Assembly (NCBI GenBank): GCA_963695855.1
Contig: CAVOHZ010000010.1
Coordinates: forward strand, 512,001-576,000
DNA length: 64,000 nucleotides
DNA from: an uncultured Nitrososphaerales archaeon
GTDB lineage: Archaea; Thermoproteota; Nitrososphaeria; Nitrososphaerales; Nitrososphaeraceae
Reading direction: 5' to 3'
This document shows, piece by piece, positions 35,173 through 46,940 of this stretch. Below the pieces are notes generated by a model. The model was not told where the DNA came from, searched no databases, and saw only the letters and a list, made by a program, of their open reading frames with translations. The first letter of the stretch is position 1; every line of letters begins with the position of its first letter. The position numbers were made by a program, and so were the translations under genes.

Positions 35173-37144
35173 TTGGAAAGAATTTCTTCAATTTTTGAGC
35201 TGAATACATCTTTTTCTACTGGAGGAGATCAACAAAAAGCTATAGATGAGTTAAAGAAAGGACTAGCAACAAAAAAAAGAATCAGTTCAAACATTGTTGG
35301 GTGTCACTGGAAGTGGAAAAACATTTACAGTAGCTAACGTGATTGCAGGGGTTAATAAGAATACACTTGTTATTTCTCCAAACAAGACATTGGCTAGCCA
35401 ACTTTATTCAGAATTTAAAGATTTTTTTCCTGAAAATAATGTTGGATATTTTGTTAGTTTTTACGATTATTACCAACCTGAAAGTTATATTCCCCAAACT
35501 GATACATATATTGAAAAAGATACAGAGGTAAACGAAATAATTGAGAAAATGAGACTAGAAGCCACTGCAATGTTGGTGTCAGGCGAACCAACTATTATTG
35601 TTGCTACAGTTTCATGTATTTACTCTTTAGGTTCCCCGATAGAATGGGCGAAGAATTCTATTTCTCTCTGTAAAGGAAGTATTACAAATCGCAAAGAAAT
35701 AATTCGTAAGTTGATAGAATCAAGATATGAAAGAAATGACACTGCATTAATTCAAGGAAATTTTAGAGCAAAAGGAGATGTAATTGACATTTTTCCCGGC
35801 TATTCAAATGATATAGTTAGAATTGGGTTACTTGGAGATGAGATTGAAAATATAAGCATACATGACCCTATTACGTTAAGGAAAATAAGGAATATTACCA
35901 GAATAAAGATATTTCCTGCTAAACACTATGTTATAGACGAAAAGATCAGGGAAAAAGCAATAAGTTCCATAGATACAGAATTAAAAGAATGGATCCCAAA
36001 ATTGAAAGGCGAGCTAGAAAAGGAAAGATTACGTTCTAGAACTAAATATGATTTGGAAATGTTAAAGGAATTAGGATATTGTTCTGGAATTGAAAATTAC
36101 TCTCGTCATTTTGATAACAGAAAAAAAGGAGAACCGCCATATTGTCTATTAGATTTTTTTGGCGAGGATTTTTTGGTTGTAATAGATGAGTCTCATGTAA
36201 CTATTCCTCAACTTAGAGCAATGTACAATGGAGATCATACAAGAAAAAAGACACTTGTAGAATATGGTTTTAGATTACCAAGCGCTTTTGACAATAGACC
36301 CCTAAACTTCAAGGAATTTGAAAAATATTTGAACAAGGTCATTTATGTTTCAGCTACACCGTCATCTTATGAATTAGATTCTAGCTGTAATGTGGTCGAA
36401 CAACTTGTGAGACCAACCGGTTTATTAGATCCTGAAATTGAAGTGAGATCTACTAGTGACCAGATTGTAGATTTAATTTCCGAAATAAGAAAAAGAGTTG
36501 AGGAAAATCAACGAATTCTGATAACAACCATAACAAAGAGGATGGCAGAAGACCTTGCGGAATTTCTTTCAAAAAAAGATATCAAAGTAAGATATTTGCA
36601 CTCTGAAATCCAAGGTTTGGAAAGAACTGATTTGATTCGTCAGCTGAGACTCGGAGATTTTGACGTTCTGGTTGGTATTAATTTGCTTAGGGAGGGATTA
36701 GACATTCCAGAAGTTGCGTTAGTTGTAATATTGGATGCAGATAAAGAGGGGTTTTTACGTAATGAAATCAGTTTAATTCAAACCTTTGGAAGAGCCGCTA
36801 GAAATATTGAAGGCAAAGTAATCATGTATTGTGAAAAAATTACAAAATCAATGAAAACTGCCATAAATGAAACAGATAGAAGAAGGAAAAAACAGATGGA
36901 ATATAATATACAAAACAAAATCACGCCTAAATCCATACTCAAGCCTATTTTAAACCAAGATAATCCAAGAAAAGATTATGAGATTTTAAAAGCAATGACC
37001 AGAAAAGATCTGTTGAAATTATCTATAGAAACTGAAACTATCATGAAAAAATTTGCAGAGGAGTTGGAATTTGAAAAGGCTATTCAATATAGAGATAAGT
37101 TGAAAAAAATTAACAATGAACTTGGAATAATAGAGATCATCTGA
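35173..37144 (+). CDS. uvrB: excinuclease ABC subunit B, frameshifted at an A8 run (35271-35278)
   Basis: GGDQQKAI lies in an upstream frame; LGVTGSGKT, YDYYQPE, IDESH, GINLLREGLD and GRAARN lie in the main frame. Confidence 0.92.
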
Positions 37145-37146
37145 TT

Positions 37147-40077
37147 ATGATAGATAAACTCGTAATAAAAGGTGCAAAACAACATAATTTAAAAAATATT
37201 GATCTCGAAATACCCAAAAAGAAAATAACAGTATTAACTGGTGTTTCTGGATCAGGAAAATCGACTCTTGCGTTTGATACTATTTATGCTGAAGGACAAA
37301 GAAGGTACGTCGAATCATTATCAGCATATGCAAGACAGTTTCTTGAATTAATGGAAAAACCAGATGTGGATTCAATTGAAGGATTATCACCAGCTATTTC
37401 CATACAACAGAAAACTACTAACAAAAATCCTAGATCTACTGTTGGAACTGTTACGGAAATTTATGACTATTTGAGGCTATTGTTTGCGAAAATTGGAATA
37501 CCATTTTGTCCAAAATGTCATAGAAAAATAACTAGTCAGACAATTGATTCTATCACTGAATCGATTTTGAGATTATCACAAGATAAAGAGGTGATTATGA
37601 TTTTATCACCAATAATAAGAGGAAAAAAAGGCACTTTTGACAGGCTGTTTGAAGATTTGAGAAAAAAAGGATATTCCAGACTAAGAGTGGATGGTAAATT
37701 TGTAAATCTTGATAGTGAAATGGAGCAAAGTATGTATAACAAGAATTATTCAGATCTTCAAAATTCTAGTAGTAATAACTCAATTTTAAATTATCCTACA
37801 TTAAATTTAGAAAAGCAAAAAAAACATGATATTGAGATAATTATTGATAGATTAAAACCTATTCCGGAAGAGAGAAGCCGGTTATTTGAAGATATACAGT
37901 CGGCTGCTAATTTAGGAAATGGTATTATAATTTGCTTTGTAGACAATCAAAATTATCTATTTTCACAACACAACTCTTGTCCGTATTGTAGTATCAGTGT
38001 AGGAAATCTCGAACCTAGATCTTTCTCTTTTAATTCTCCATTTGGTGCATGCCACAGTTGTAATGGTCTCGGAATAAAGATAGAATTCGACCCTGAATTA
38101 ATTATACCTAACAAAAGTAAGAGTATCCTAGAGGGAGCTATTGTTCCTTGGACAGGAAAGTTCGCTTCTTTTAGAGCATCTATGCTTAAAGATGTTGGCA
38201 GAAAATACGGATTTAATTTAAATATACCGATATGCGAATTGAATTCTGAACAAATCAGAGTTATTTTATACGGTACGAATGAAAATATTCATTTCAAATA
38301 CGAATCAAAATATTCCCAGAGTAAATGGGAATATAATTCTAATTTTGAGGGAGTTATTCCAAATTTAGAGAGGATATACAAAACTACAGAATCAGATATC
38401 AAAAGAGATACGTTAACGAAATTTATGAAAGAAAGGCTCTGTGAAAAATGCAACGGAAGAAGGTTAAATGAAGAATCATTATCCGTAAAGATAAGAAATA
38501 AGTCTATTATGGAAATATGTGACCTTTCAATAGACGATTGTTATCGATTTTTTATAGAATTCGATCTCAAACCTATTGAAAAAGAGATCGCAAAAAACGT
38601 ATTGAAGGAAACCCTTTCTCGATTAGAATTCTTGAAAAATGTGGGATTGAACTATTTGACCTTGAATCGAACAACTGGTTCTTTATCTGGCGGAGAATCT
38701 CAAAGAATAAGACTTGCAACTCAAATAGGATCTAATCTTACTGGGGTTCTTTATGTATTAGATGAACCCACGATAGGGTTACATCAAAGAGACAATGACA
38801 GATTATTAAAGACCCTAAAAAGGCTACGTAATTTAGATAATACTTTAATAATTGTGGAACATGACGAAGACGTTATTCGAAATTCAGATTGGATTATTGA
38901 TATTGGTCCTGGAGCAGGGATCCATGGTGGAAAAATAGTAGCGGAGGGAACGATTTCAGATATTATGAACAGTGTTAATTCTCTAACTGGTAAATATCTT
39001 AGAGGTGAAAAAAATGCTGCAATATTTTCAAAAGCTAAAGGAAAAATGGACAAATGGCTGGTGGTATATGGAGCTAATTCAAATAACTTGAAACGTATTA
39101 ATGTAAAATTCCCGATTGGTTTTCTCACAGTTGTAACTGGAGTATCAGGTTCTGGAAAATCAACATTAGTAAATGACATCTTATTTAAAGCAATTATGAA
39201 TCATTTTGGCGGGAAAGAAGAACCAGGAAAATGCGATGAGATCACAGGAATAGAATATATAGATAAAGTAATAGGAATTGACCAATCTCCAATCGGAAGA
39301 ACACCCAGGTCTAATGCAGCTACATATGTCAACGCATTTACTCCTATAAGAGAATTATTTTCGAAAACTATAAGGTCAAGAGAAATGGGATATTCCCAAG
39401 GAAGATTTTCTTTTAATGTTAGGGGAGGGAGGTGTGAAGCATGTGAAGGATGTGGAGTAAAAAAAATAGAAATGCAATTTTTACCTGACGTGTACGTTAA
39501 ATGTGATGAATGTGTTGGAAAAAGGTACAATTCAGAGACACTATTAGTAAAATATAAAGAGAAAACGATATACGATATTTTGGATTTTACTGTCGAAGAG
39601 GCAATGGAATTTTTCAGAAATATTCCCATAGTCTACAAGAAACTGAGGACGTTATATGATGTTGGATTAGGATACATCAAATTAGGTCAATCTGCTACTA
39701 CTTTTTCTGGTGGAGAAGCACAAAGAATAAAACTTGCATCAGAACTTTCACGCAGAGATACCGGAAAGACATTATACATATTAGACGAACCAACTACAGG
39801 TCTTCATTTTTCTGACGTTAAAAAATTGTTAAAAGTGTTAAAAAGATTGACAGAGTTAGGAAATACAGTTATAGTAATTGAACATAATCTAGATGTTGTT
39901 GTAAGTGCAGATTGGATAAATGATTTAGGACCCGAAGGCGGAACCGAAGGCGGAACCCTTGTTACCTCTGGAACGCCTGAAGAATTATTAGAAGACGTCA
40001 ACGAAAGCTACACAGTTAAATATTTGAAAACCAAAATGAATAGAATTTTAAAAATCTCGAACCAGATATTAAAATAA
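37147..40077 (+). CDS. uvrA: excinuclease ABC subunit A
   Basis: Two ABC cassettes (GVSGSGKS x2, LSGGE, FSGGE) and Zn fingers. Confidence 0.97.
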   Translation: MIDKLVIKGAKQHNLKNIDLEIPKKKITVLTGVSGSGKSTLAFDTIYAEGQRRYVESLSAYARQFLELMEKPDVDSIEGLSPAISIQQKTTNKNPRSTVGTVTEIYDYLRLLFAKIGIPFCPKCHRKITSQTIDSITESILRLSQDKEVIMILSPIIRGKKGTFDRLFEDLRKKGYSRLRVDGKFVNLDSEMEQSMYNKNYSDLQNSSSNNSILNYPTLNLEKQKKHDIEIIIDRLKPIPEERSRLFEDIQSAANLGNGIIICFVDNQNYLFSQHNSCPYCSISVGNLEPRSFSFNSPFGACHSCNGLGIKIEFDPELIIPNKSKSILEGAIVPWTGKFASFRASMLKDVGRKYGFNLNIPICELNSEQIRVILYGTNENIHFKYESKYSQSKWEYNSNFEGVIPNLERIYKTTESDIKRDTLTKFMKERLCEKCNGRRLNEESLSVKIRNKSIMEICDLSIDDCYRFFIEFDLKPIEKEIAKNVLKETLSRLEFLKNVGLNYLTLNRTTGSLSGGESQRIRLATQIGSNLTGVLYVLDEPTIGLHQRDNDRLLKTLKRLRNLDNTLIIVEHDEDVIRNSDWIIDIGPGAGIHGGKIVAEGTISDIMNSVNSLTGKYLRGEKNAAIFSKAKGKMDKWLVVYGANSNNLKRINVKFPIGFLTVVTGVSGSGKSTLVNDILFKAIMNHFGGKEEPGKCDEITGIEYIDKVIGIDQSPIGRTPRSNAATYVNAFTPIRELFSKTIRSREMGYSQGRFSFNVRGGRCEACEGCGVKKIEMQFLPDVYVKCDECVGKRYNSETLLVKYKEKTIYDILDFTVEEAMEFFRNIPIVYKKLRTLYDVGLGYIKLGQSATTFSGGEAQRIKLASELSRRDTGKTLYILDEPTTGLHFSDVKKLLKVLKRLTELGNTVIVIEHNLDVVVSADWINDLGPEGGTEGGTLVTSGTPEELLEDVNESYTVKYLKTKMNRILKISNQILK

Positions 40078-40098
40078 AACATCAAAAAAGATGAAAAA

Positions 40099-41892
40099 AT
40101 GACATCCGCTTATTCTGAATTAAAGAAGGCGTGTAAGGCTTTTCCATCCGACCCCGGAATCTATTTGATGAAAGATGATATGGATAAAATAATATACATA
40201 GGAAAGGCAAAGAGCCTCAAAAAAAGAATTTGCAACTATTTTAATCTTCTAAATACAGATGGACTTTGGAAACATAAAAACATTGAAAATGACAAAATTA
40301 TATGGAAAACTAAAAAATTGTTGCAAAAAATTTCAGAAATTGAATTTATAATAACCGATAATGAAGTCGAAGCTTTTTTGCTTGAAGCCAATCTGATTAA
40401 ACAATACAGACCGATTTTCAATATCGAATTAAAAGACCAAGAAAGATATACATATCTAAAGATCACGGATGAAACATTTCCCAGATTATTAGTAGCAAGA
40501 AGGAACAGGAAGAGTGATTTTACAGGGCCAGAAGGAGAGATTTTCGGGCCATTTGTGTATGGAAGTTCTAGATTCATCTCCATTGGAACGCTAAGAAAAA
40601 TATTCAAGGTGAGAATATGCAATCGTTTACCTAAAAAACCGTGTTTAGAATATTTCATAAATAATTGTGATGCCCCTTGTATCCAAAAGATAACAATACA
40701 AAAATACCATGAGAATATCAATTCGCTAAAACAGATTTTAAAAAAAAGAGATGGCATACAAGATTTCTTGACAAGAATGAATAAAGACATGGTTGAAGCT
40801 TCGAATAGACAAGACTATGAACATGCTAAAGAAATAAGAGATACAATAAGAACAGTAGAAAATTTAAAAATAAAACAAAAAATCGACCTAATTGATAAGA
40901 ATGATGAGGAATATGTAGGATTCAAAGTGGATAAATTAAATCAGACAGGTTATGTATTGATATTGAAAAGATCTTGTGGTGTCATAAGTGACACAAAACA
41001 ATTTGAATTTGACATTTTAGGGGATAATAATTTTTCATCTTTTTTACTACAGTATTATTCTACCGTATCTAACATACCAGAAACTATCTACGTGAACGAG
41101 ATTCCAGAATCTAGAAATCTACTGGAATTAACATTTAAAAAACTTTCAGGACATCTTGTTAATATTAACAAAATAAAAAGATCAAAGCAAGATAATGGTG
41201 GATTCGATTTAATGAAGTTAATCCTGAAAAATATCTCTATCCGGATTGAGAAAAAATACAATCCGGTTTTGGGCAATCTAAGGGATCTCATTAATTTAAA
41301 AGAAATTCCATTAATAATAGATTGCTTTGATATATCTAATTTTGGAACATCTTTTGCTGTAGGATCCTGTGTTAGATTTGTTAACGGATCCCGTTTTAAA
41401 AGTGGTTATAGGCGCTTTAAGATACAAACAGTAAAAGACACACAAGATGACGTTAGAATGATAAATGAGATAGTAGGGAGAAGGTATGAAAAAGACCGCA
41501 AAAAAACCTCTGAAAAAGAATATAAAATTAATGGCGTGGAAGAAGGCAGTAACAAAAATGTTATCATTCAGGAACCCAATGGTGAGGATGTGTTTCCAAT
41601 TCAATATACAAATAACAAAAGGTTAATCGATTCTCTTCCCAACCTCATTATAATTGATGGAGGGAGAGCTCAACTGAATTCTGCTATCAAGGCTTTAACT
41701 GAAAAAAATTTATGTATACATACAATTGCTCTGGCAAAACAAAATGAGGAAATATTCCTTCCTTGGGAGAGAGAATCACTTAAAATATCAAAAAAAGAAC
41801 CTGTGATGCATCTACTTCAATCTATAAGAGATGAGGCACATAGATTTGGATTATCATACAACAGGATGCTCAGAAAAACTCGATTAAAATAG
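40099..41892 (+). CDS. uvrC: excinuclease ABC subunit C (no C-terminal HhH)
   Basis: PGIY...YIGKAK, CFDISN, IIDGG, RDEAHRF, then stop. Confidence 0.94.
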   Translation: MTSAYSELKKACKAFPSDPGIYLMKDDMDKIIYIGKAKSLKKRICNYFNLLNTDGLWKHKNIENDKIIWKTKKLLQKISEIEFIITDNEVEAFLLEANLIKQYRPIFNIELKDQERYTYLKITDETFPRLLVARRNRKSDFTGPEGEIFGPFVYGSSRFISIGTLRKIFKVRICNRLPKKPCLEYFINNCDAPCIQKITIQKYHENINSLKQILKKRDGIQDFLTRMNKDMVEASNRQDYEHAKEIRDTIRTVENLKIKQKIDLIDKNDEEYVGFKVDKLNQTGYVLILKRSCGVISDTKQFEFDILGDNNFSSFLLQYYSTVSNIPETIYVNEIPESRNLLELTFKKLSGHLVNINKIKRSKQDNGGFDLMKLILKNISIRIEKKYNPVLGNLRDLINLKEIPLIIDCFDISNFGTSFAVGSCVRFVNGSRFKSGYRRFKIQTVKDTQDDVRMINEIVGRRYEKDRKKTSEKEYKINGVEEGSNKNVIIQEPNGEDVFPIQYTNNKRLIDSLPNLIIIDGGRAQLNSAIKALTEKNLCIHTIALAKQNEEIFLPWERESLKISKKEPVMHLLQSIRDEAHRFGLSYNRMLRKTRLK

Positions 41893-41919
41893 TTTTAGCC
41901 TACAACTGCAAAAACAAAA

Positions 41920-43425
41920 TTGAAATACCAAATATTGCAAATATTATTGATGATTCCTAGCATAACGGTAGCAGGAACTACAAGTGGAGTAGGTAAGACT
42001 TTTGTTACATTGGGAATTTTATACAAATTGAAGAAAATGCGTTATAGAATTCAATCATTCAAGGTAGGTCCTGATTTTATCGATCCATCTTATCATTCTG
42101 TAATTACAGATACTTATTCCTATAACCTTGACACCTGGTTGATGGGAAAGAAAGGAGTGTTAGATACATTTGAGAGAGTAACAAAAAATGCGGACATTGC
42201 TGTAATTGAAGGTGTTATGGGATTGTATGATGGAGCAGGAGGAAAAAATGATATTGCAAGTACTTCAGAAATGGTCAAGATACTGAAATCCCAAGTAATT
42301 TTGGTTATCGATTCCAGTAAAGCCGCAAGATCTATTGCAGCAATGGCTTATGGATATATTCTATTTGATATGAAAATAAAAATCGCAGGGATCATCCTAA
42401 ATAATGTAGCAAGTAAAAGACATTATACCTTCATTAAAGATTCATTTGCCAACAAAATAAAGGCACCAATAATTGGAGTAATTTACAGAAATAATGATTT
42501 CGTTTTGTCCGAAAGACATTTAGGTTTAATTCCTGTTCCAGAACTGGAAGGTGAACAGAGAAATAAGGTATTGGATGCTGCAAAGATTATTGCAGATTGT
42601 ATTAAGATTGAGGAAATCATAGACTTACTAAACATTACCAAAAATAGTCAGCAAATAGATATTAAAGATCCAATTTATAATATAAAACCAGATCTGAAAG
42701 TAGCAGTTGCTTTAGATAGTTCTTTTAATTTTTATTACAGAGAGAATTTGGACAGATTAAGGGAAAATAATGTAGAAATTGTTTTTTTTAGCCCAATTAA
42801 GGATAAAAAACTGCCTGAAAATATCGGAGGGATCATCATAGGAGGAGGCTTTCCTGAAATATTGTCAAAACAATTATCTGAAAACCGTTCAATTTTAAAG
42901 GAGATCAAGAAGGCAGGAGAAAAGAAAGAAATTCCTATATATGCAGAATGTGGAGGACTTATGTATTTAACAAAAACCATAACAGAAAAATTAAATTCCT
43001 TGGAACAAAAAGAAGATAATAGCAATAAAAATAAAATCCCTAAAAAAGAGCACAAAAAAAATCTGGATAGAGTCTCTGACAATCCAAGAAAACCCAAAAA
43101 ATATGAGATGGTTGGACTTATAGATGCAACAACAGAGATGACAAGAAACCTTGTGTTAAATTATACAAAGGCAGAGATAATAACAGAATCAATTTATGGA
43201 AAAGGGGGCCTTTTTAAAGGACATGAATTTCACTTTTCCAAAATTCAAGACATACCAAATGATTCTGTGTTTATATACAAGTTATCAAAGGGTAACGGGA
43301 TTTATGCAAACATGGATGGACTTTTAACGTACAATACGTTGGCTTCTTATATGCATTTACATTTTACGAACAGCAGATATGCAGAAAGAATAGTTAATGC
43401 ATGTAGGTCTTATTTGAAAAAATAA
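41920..43425 (+). CDS. cbiA: cobyrinate a,c-diamide synthase
   Basis: SGVGKT, KVGPDFIDP, EGVMGLYDG, YAECGG, GHEFH. Confidence 0.93.
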   Translation: MKYQILQILLMIPSITVAGTTSGVGKTFVTLGILYKLKKMRYRIQSFKVGPDFIDPSYHSVITDTYSYNLDTWLMGKKGVLDTFERVTKNADIAVIEGVMGLYDGAGGKNDIASTSEMVKILKSQVILVIDSSKAARSIAAMAYGYILFDMKIKIAGIILNNVASKRHYTFIKDSFANKIKAPIIGVIYRNNDFVLSERHLGLIPVPELEGEQRNKVLDAAKIIADCIKIEEIIDLLNITKNSQQIDIKDPIYNIKPDLKVAVALDSSFNFYYRENLDRLRENNVEIVFFSPIKDKKLPENIGGIIIGGGFPEILSKQLSENRSILKEIKKAGEKKEIPIYAECGGLMYLTKTITEKLNSLEQKEDNSNKNKIPKKEHKKNLDRVSDNPRKPKKYEMVGLIDATTEMTRNLVLNYTKAEIITESIYGKGGLFKGHEFHFSKIQDIPNDSVFIYKLSKGNGIYANMDGLLTYNTLASYMHLHFTNSRYAERIVNACRSYLKK

Positions 43426-43562
43426 TTTATGCACTTAATACGACAGTTTAAACTAAAATTGATTATTGTCATTAAAAAGAATTTTATAAAGAATTGATCT
43501 TTATTAATAAAAAAAATTAGAATAGTTTTTATTAAATTTTTTGTACTTTTTACATAAAAAGA

Positions 43563-44589
43563 TTGAAATTTCTAAACTACTCCGAATCTACTCTCTTTCT
43601 AGAGGATATTGATGAACCTGTACCAAAAAAAGGAGAAATGCTAGTGAGAATAGAAGGATGTGGTATTTGTGGGTCTGATATAGGAAATGTTTTCGGAAAT
43701 TCCTGTAAACCTACCTCAAAATTGGGACATGAGAATCGTTGGAATTCTAGAAAAATTTGACAGTGATGTCAATGCTGAAGCGTTTAGTATAGGAGAAAGA
43801 GTATTTGTCCACCATCATGCTCCATGCAATCAATGTTATTTTTGCAATAAAGGAAATGAGACAATGTGCGAGAAATTTACTGATTCTCTATATCCTTGTG
43901 GAATATCTGAAAAAATAGTCATTCCAGAATGGATAGTGAAAAGTGACTCTATATTTAGGTTACCAGAATCTTTAAGTCCCGAAGATGGTATAATGATAGA
44001 ACCATTAGCGTGTTGTATTAGAGGATGGAAAAAGGTAAAATTACTAGAAGGCGATACAATTCTAATTTTCGGTATCGGTCCGATAGGGATGATAAATGCA
44101 ATGTTAGCCAAGATCAAGGGAGCTCGAAAAATATTTTGTGTTGATATAAACGAGTATAGACTTGAATATAATGATAGATTGAATCTCGGAAAATCTTTCA
44201 ATTCAAAGAAAGTAAAAATAGCAAACATCGTTCCTACCAGCAGTGAAGAGTTTGTAGATATGGTAATAATCGCAACTTCAGATTTGAGTGTCCTAAATGA
44301 TTCAATCAAAATAATAAGAAAGGGCGGTATTATTCTTATATTTGGTGAACCTCAAAGGGAAACGAAAATTGATCTAAACATTCATGAAATTTATTCCAAG
44401 GAAATTAGTATCATTACTACATATGCAGCAACCAATAAAGAGATAAGAGAGGCAATTGAACTGATTGATAAGAAAATAATAAATGTGAAAAAAATAGTCA
44501 CTCATAAATTTTTAATAAAACAATCAAAAGAAGCCATCGAACGGATATTTCGGAAAAAAGACACATTGAAAACGATGATAACAAATTGA
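43563..44589 (+). pseudogene. Zn-dependent dehydrogenase split by a +1 frameshift
   Basis: GICGSD...LGHE in one frame; IVG...CNQCYFC...EPLAC, GIGPIG in the next; extra A at ~43734. Confidence 0.85.
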
Positions 44590-45236
44590 GAAATAAATCC
44601 AGATAAAGAGGTCTAATTTATTCACATACGTGAGTATAAATGGTAGCAATTTGAGGATTATTGTTGTTTCTTTACTTCAATCCCTTTGCGAAAAGCGATA
44701 TGACCGTTTATGTTTTTAGCTTCTTCTAGTGAATCCGGATAGTAGCAGTTTTAATGTTAATGAATTTTCTATGAGTTTATTATAAAATTTATAAAATAAA
44801 AAAAAATAAGAAAGTGAATATTACTATAATTTTTCAACCTAATATGAAGATTATTTCACCAAAAGATAAGATTGATGATCACAGTCAATTTTGAGATATT
44901 TCTAAAGAGGCAATTTATGTGTCTTGTTGTGTTAATCATCATTCCTAACACATTTAACCAATCTATTATAGACATATTGTAAGTTAAACTTGAAATACAA
45001 TGGTTCGCTGGTAAAGAGGGTAATATTGTTTGTAAATTTGATGAATAAGAAAGATTGTATAAACGAGTTGCATGAGATAGCATATTTATTATAATGAAAT
45101 ATCATTTTGGTTAAACAAAAATTAGTTATAAAATAAAAATGTCATTAATTTTTCTCGATAATAGAAGATTTTCTTGATAATAGAAGATACAATGGATCAG
45201 TATAAAAATCTCATCTGAAACTCCAATTTCACTTAA

Positions 45237-45671
45237 TTATGTTAATTCGATCTTTTTCTTGAGAGAATTATTCATCGATTCAAAGCTCGCAAGGATATCT
45301 TCCTCCATTTTTTTGGGTGAAAATTTAAGTCCAAGGCCAGAAAACATCTCTCTGTTAGTAAAATTTACCTCAGTTTCTGAAATTTTATCTATAGTTAATA
45401 CCCGTTCCCCACTGAAGATTGCCGATGAAAAAAACTTACCATACCATCTTATTTCGTGGGGAGCCTGTACTTTTATAATTTTAGGATGGTATACTCTATT
45501 TTTGCCTCCAACTGTAGTCAAGTGCACACCTATCTTTGTTCCAACCTTTGGTTCGCCTGTAATCTTTTTAATAATTGGATTCCATTGATAATAATTTTGA
45601 AAATCTGAGATTACATTCCACACTTTTTCTGCAGAAGCTAGAATTTTTATTTCAGCTTTTATCTCCTTCAA
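45237..45671 (-). CDS. SRPBCC/polyketide-cyclase-like protein
   Basis: IKILASAEKVWNVISDFQNYYQWNP...FESMNNSLKKKIE. Confidence 0.88.
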   Translation of the reverse strand: MKEIKAEIKILASAEKVWNVISDFQNYYQWNPIIKKITGEPKVGTKIGVHLTTVGGKNRVYHPKIIKVQAPHEIRWYGKFFSSAIFSGERVLTIDKISETEVNFTNREMFSGLGLKFSPKKMEEDILASFESMNNSLKKKIELT

Positions 45672-46246
45672 TTAAATCTTGATCTGTGACTAATCATTAT
45701 TAAATATGATTGATAAAAAATAATTTTTTGTTTGGTATACATCCCTTGATTTACTACAAATCATAACAGTTTTGTAACAACTCATCTGCTTTGTTTTGAT
45801 AAGCAATTAGGATTATTTTTTTCTTAATTTTATAATATACAACTAATTTTACTTGGAGTTATATTAGCATTCTTGTTTATACTATTTGTCTACTATTAAA
45901 AAATAAGTCACAACTTTACGTTCATGATCATTGTGCTTTGCATTTTCCCTAATATCCTATAGATTATTAGTGGATTCAAAAACCAATAGAATTTTAACAT
46001 AAATTAAGAACTTTTGAATTATTTTAACAACCAAACCCAGGGTAACCAAATGTTCTGTTTAGAAGGATTGGCTAACATTAGGCATAAGAAGTTGTATTTG
46101 AATATGACCTAGAGGTCATGCTGTAATATCTAGCCCATTATTACCACTATTGTTTATGCCTTTATTTTGAGTGTTAATCATAAAACATATGAAAAATATT
46201 CTGCTATCTATAAAATACCATCCATACTCCTTGTGTAATTGTCGTG

Positions 46247-46885
46247 TTAACCTTCCTCCCCATGGAGATATAAAAGCAATAAAGCATTGATAATCGACGA
46301 GGCTACAGCACTTCCTCCTTTTCGCCCGATATTTGTGATACTAGGAACTGTGGTTTTTAAAAGCTCTGTTTTTGATTCAACAGCGGAAACAAAACCAACT
46401 GGAACGCCAATCACCAAATTGGGTTTTGTTATCCCTTCATTAACCATTTTTATAGTTTCATACAATGATGTTGGAGCGTTGCCGATAACAACTATTCCAC
46501 CATTCATAGATGATGCAGAACTTCTCATAGCCACCTCTGCTCTAGTTTTATTATATTTCTTTGCTTCTTCAATTATGGTAGGATCAGATATTTTACACAG
46601 GGATTTTAAATTTAGTTGAGTTAAGGAATTTTTTGAAATCCCTGATCTAACCATCTCTACGTCAGTGACTATATTACAACCAGTCTTGAGTGCATTAAAA
46701 GCAGATGCAACAGGATTATAACTGAATATTATTTTTTCTCGTCCTGCAAAATCGAAATCAGCCGTAGCATGTATCACTCTTCTAACTATAGGCCATTCAT
46801 ACCTTTCATCATATCCATGATTTCCAATCTCATCTTCTATTATTTTAAAACTAGTCTTTTCAATATCAAAGGATTTAATGGACAT
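46247..46885 (-). CDS. cbiC: precorrin-8X methylmutase
   Basis: RVIHATADF, GNAPT, GVPVGFV, GRKGGS; ATG 46885 preferred as start. Confidence 0.92.
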   Translation of the reverse strand: MSIKSFDIEKTSFKIIEDEIGNHGYDERYEWPIVRRVIHATADFDFAGREKIIFSYNPVASAFNALKTGCNIVTDVEMVRSGISKNSLTQLNLKSLCKISDPTIIEEAKKYNKTRAEVAMRSSASSMNGGIVVIGNAPTSLYETIKMVNEGITKPNLVIGVPVGFVSAVESKTELLKTTVPSITNIGRKGGSAVASSIINALLLLYLHGEEG

Positions 46886-46940
46886 CACCCTATTTTCCGC
46901 CGATTCATTCTGATTTTTGGATTCTGTTCCTATTCTTCTT

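Noticed and set aside
44856-45083. 75-aa ORF, and the similar 78-aa ORF at 49289-49525
   Set aside because: No recognisable motifs; cannot be distinguished from chance ORFs or decayed genes.
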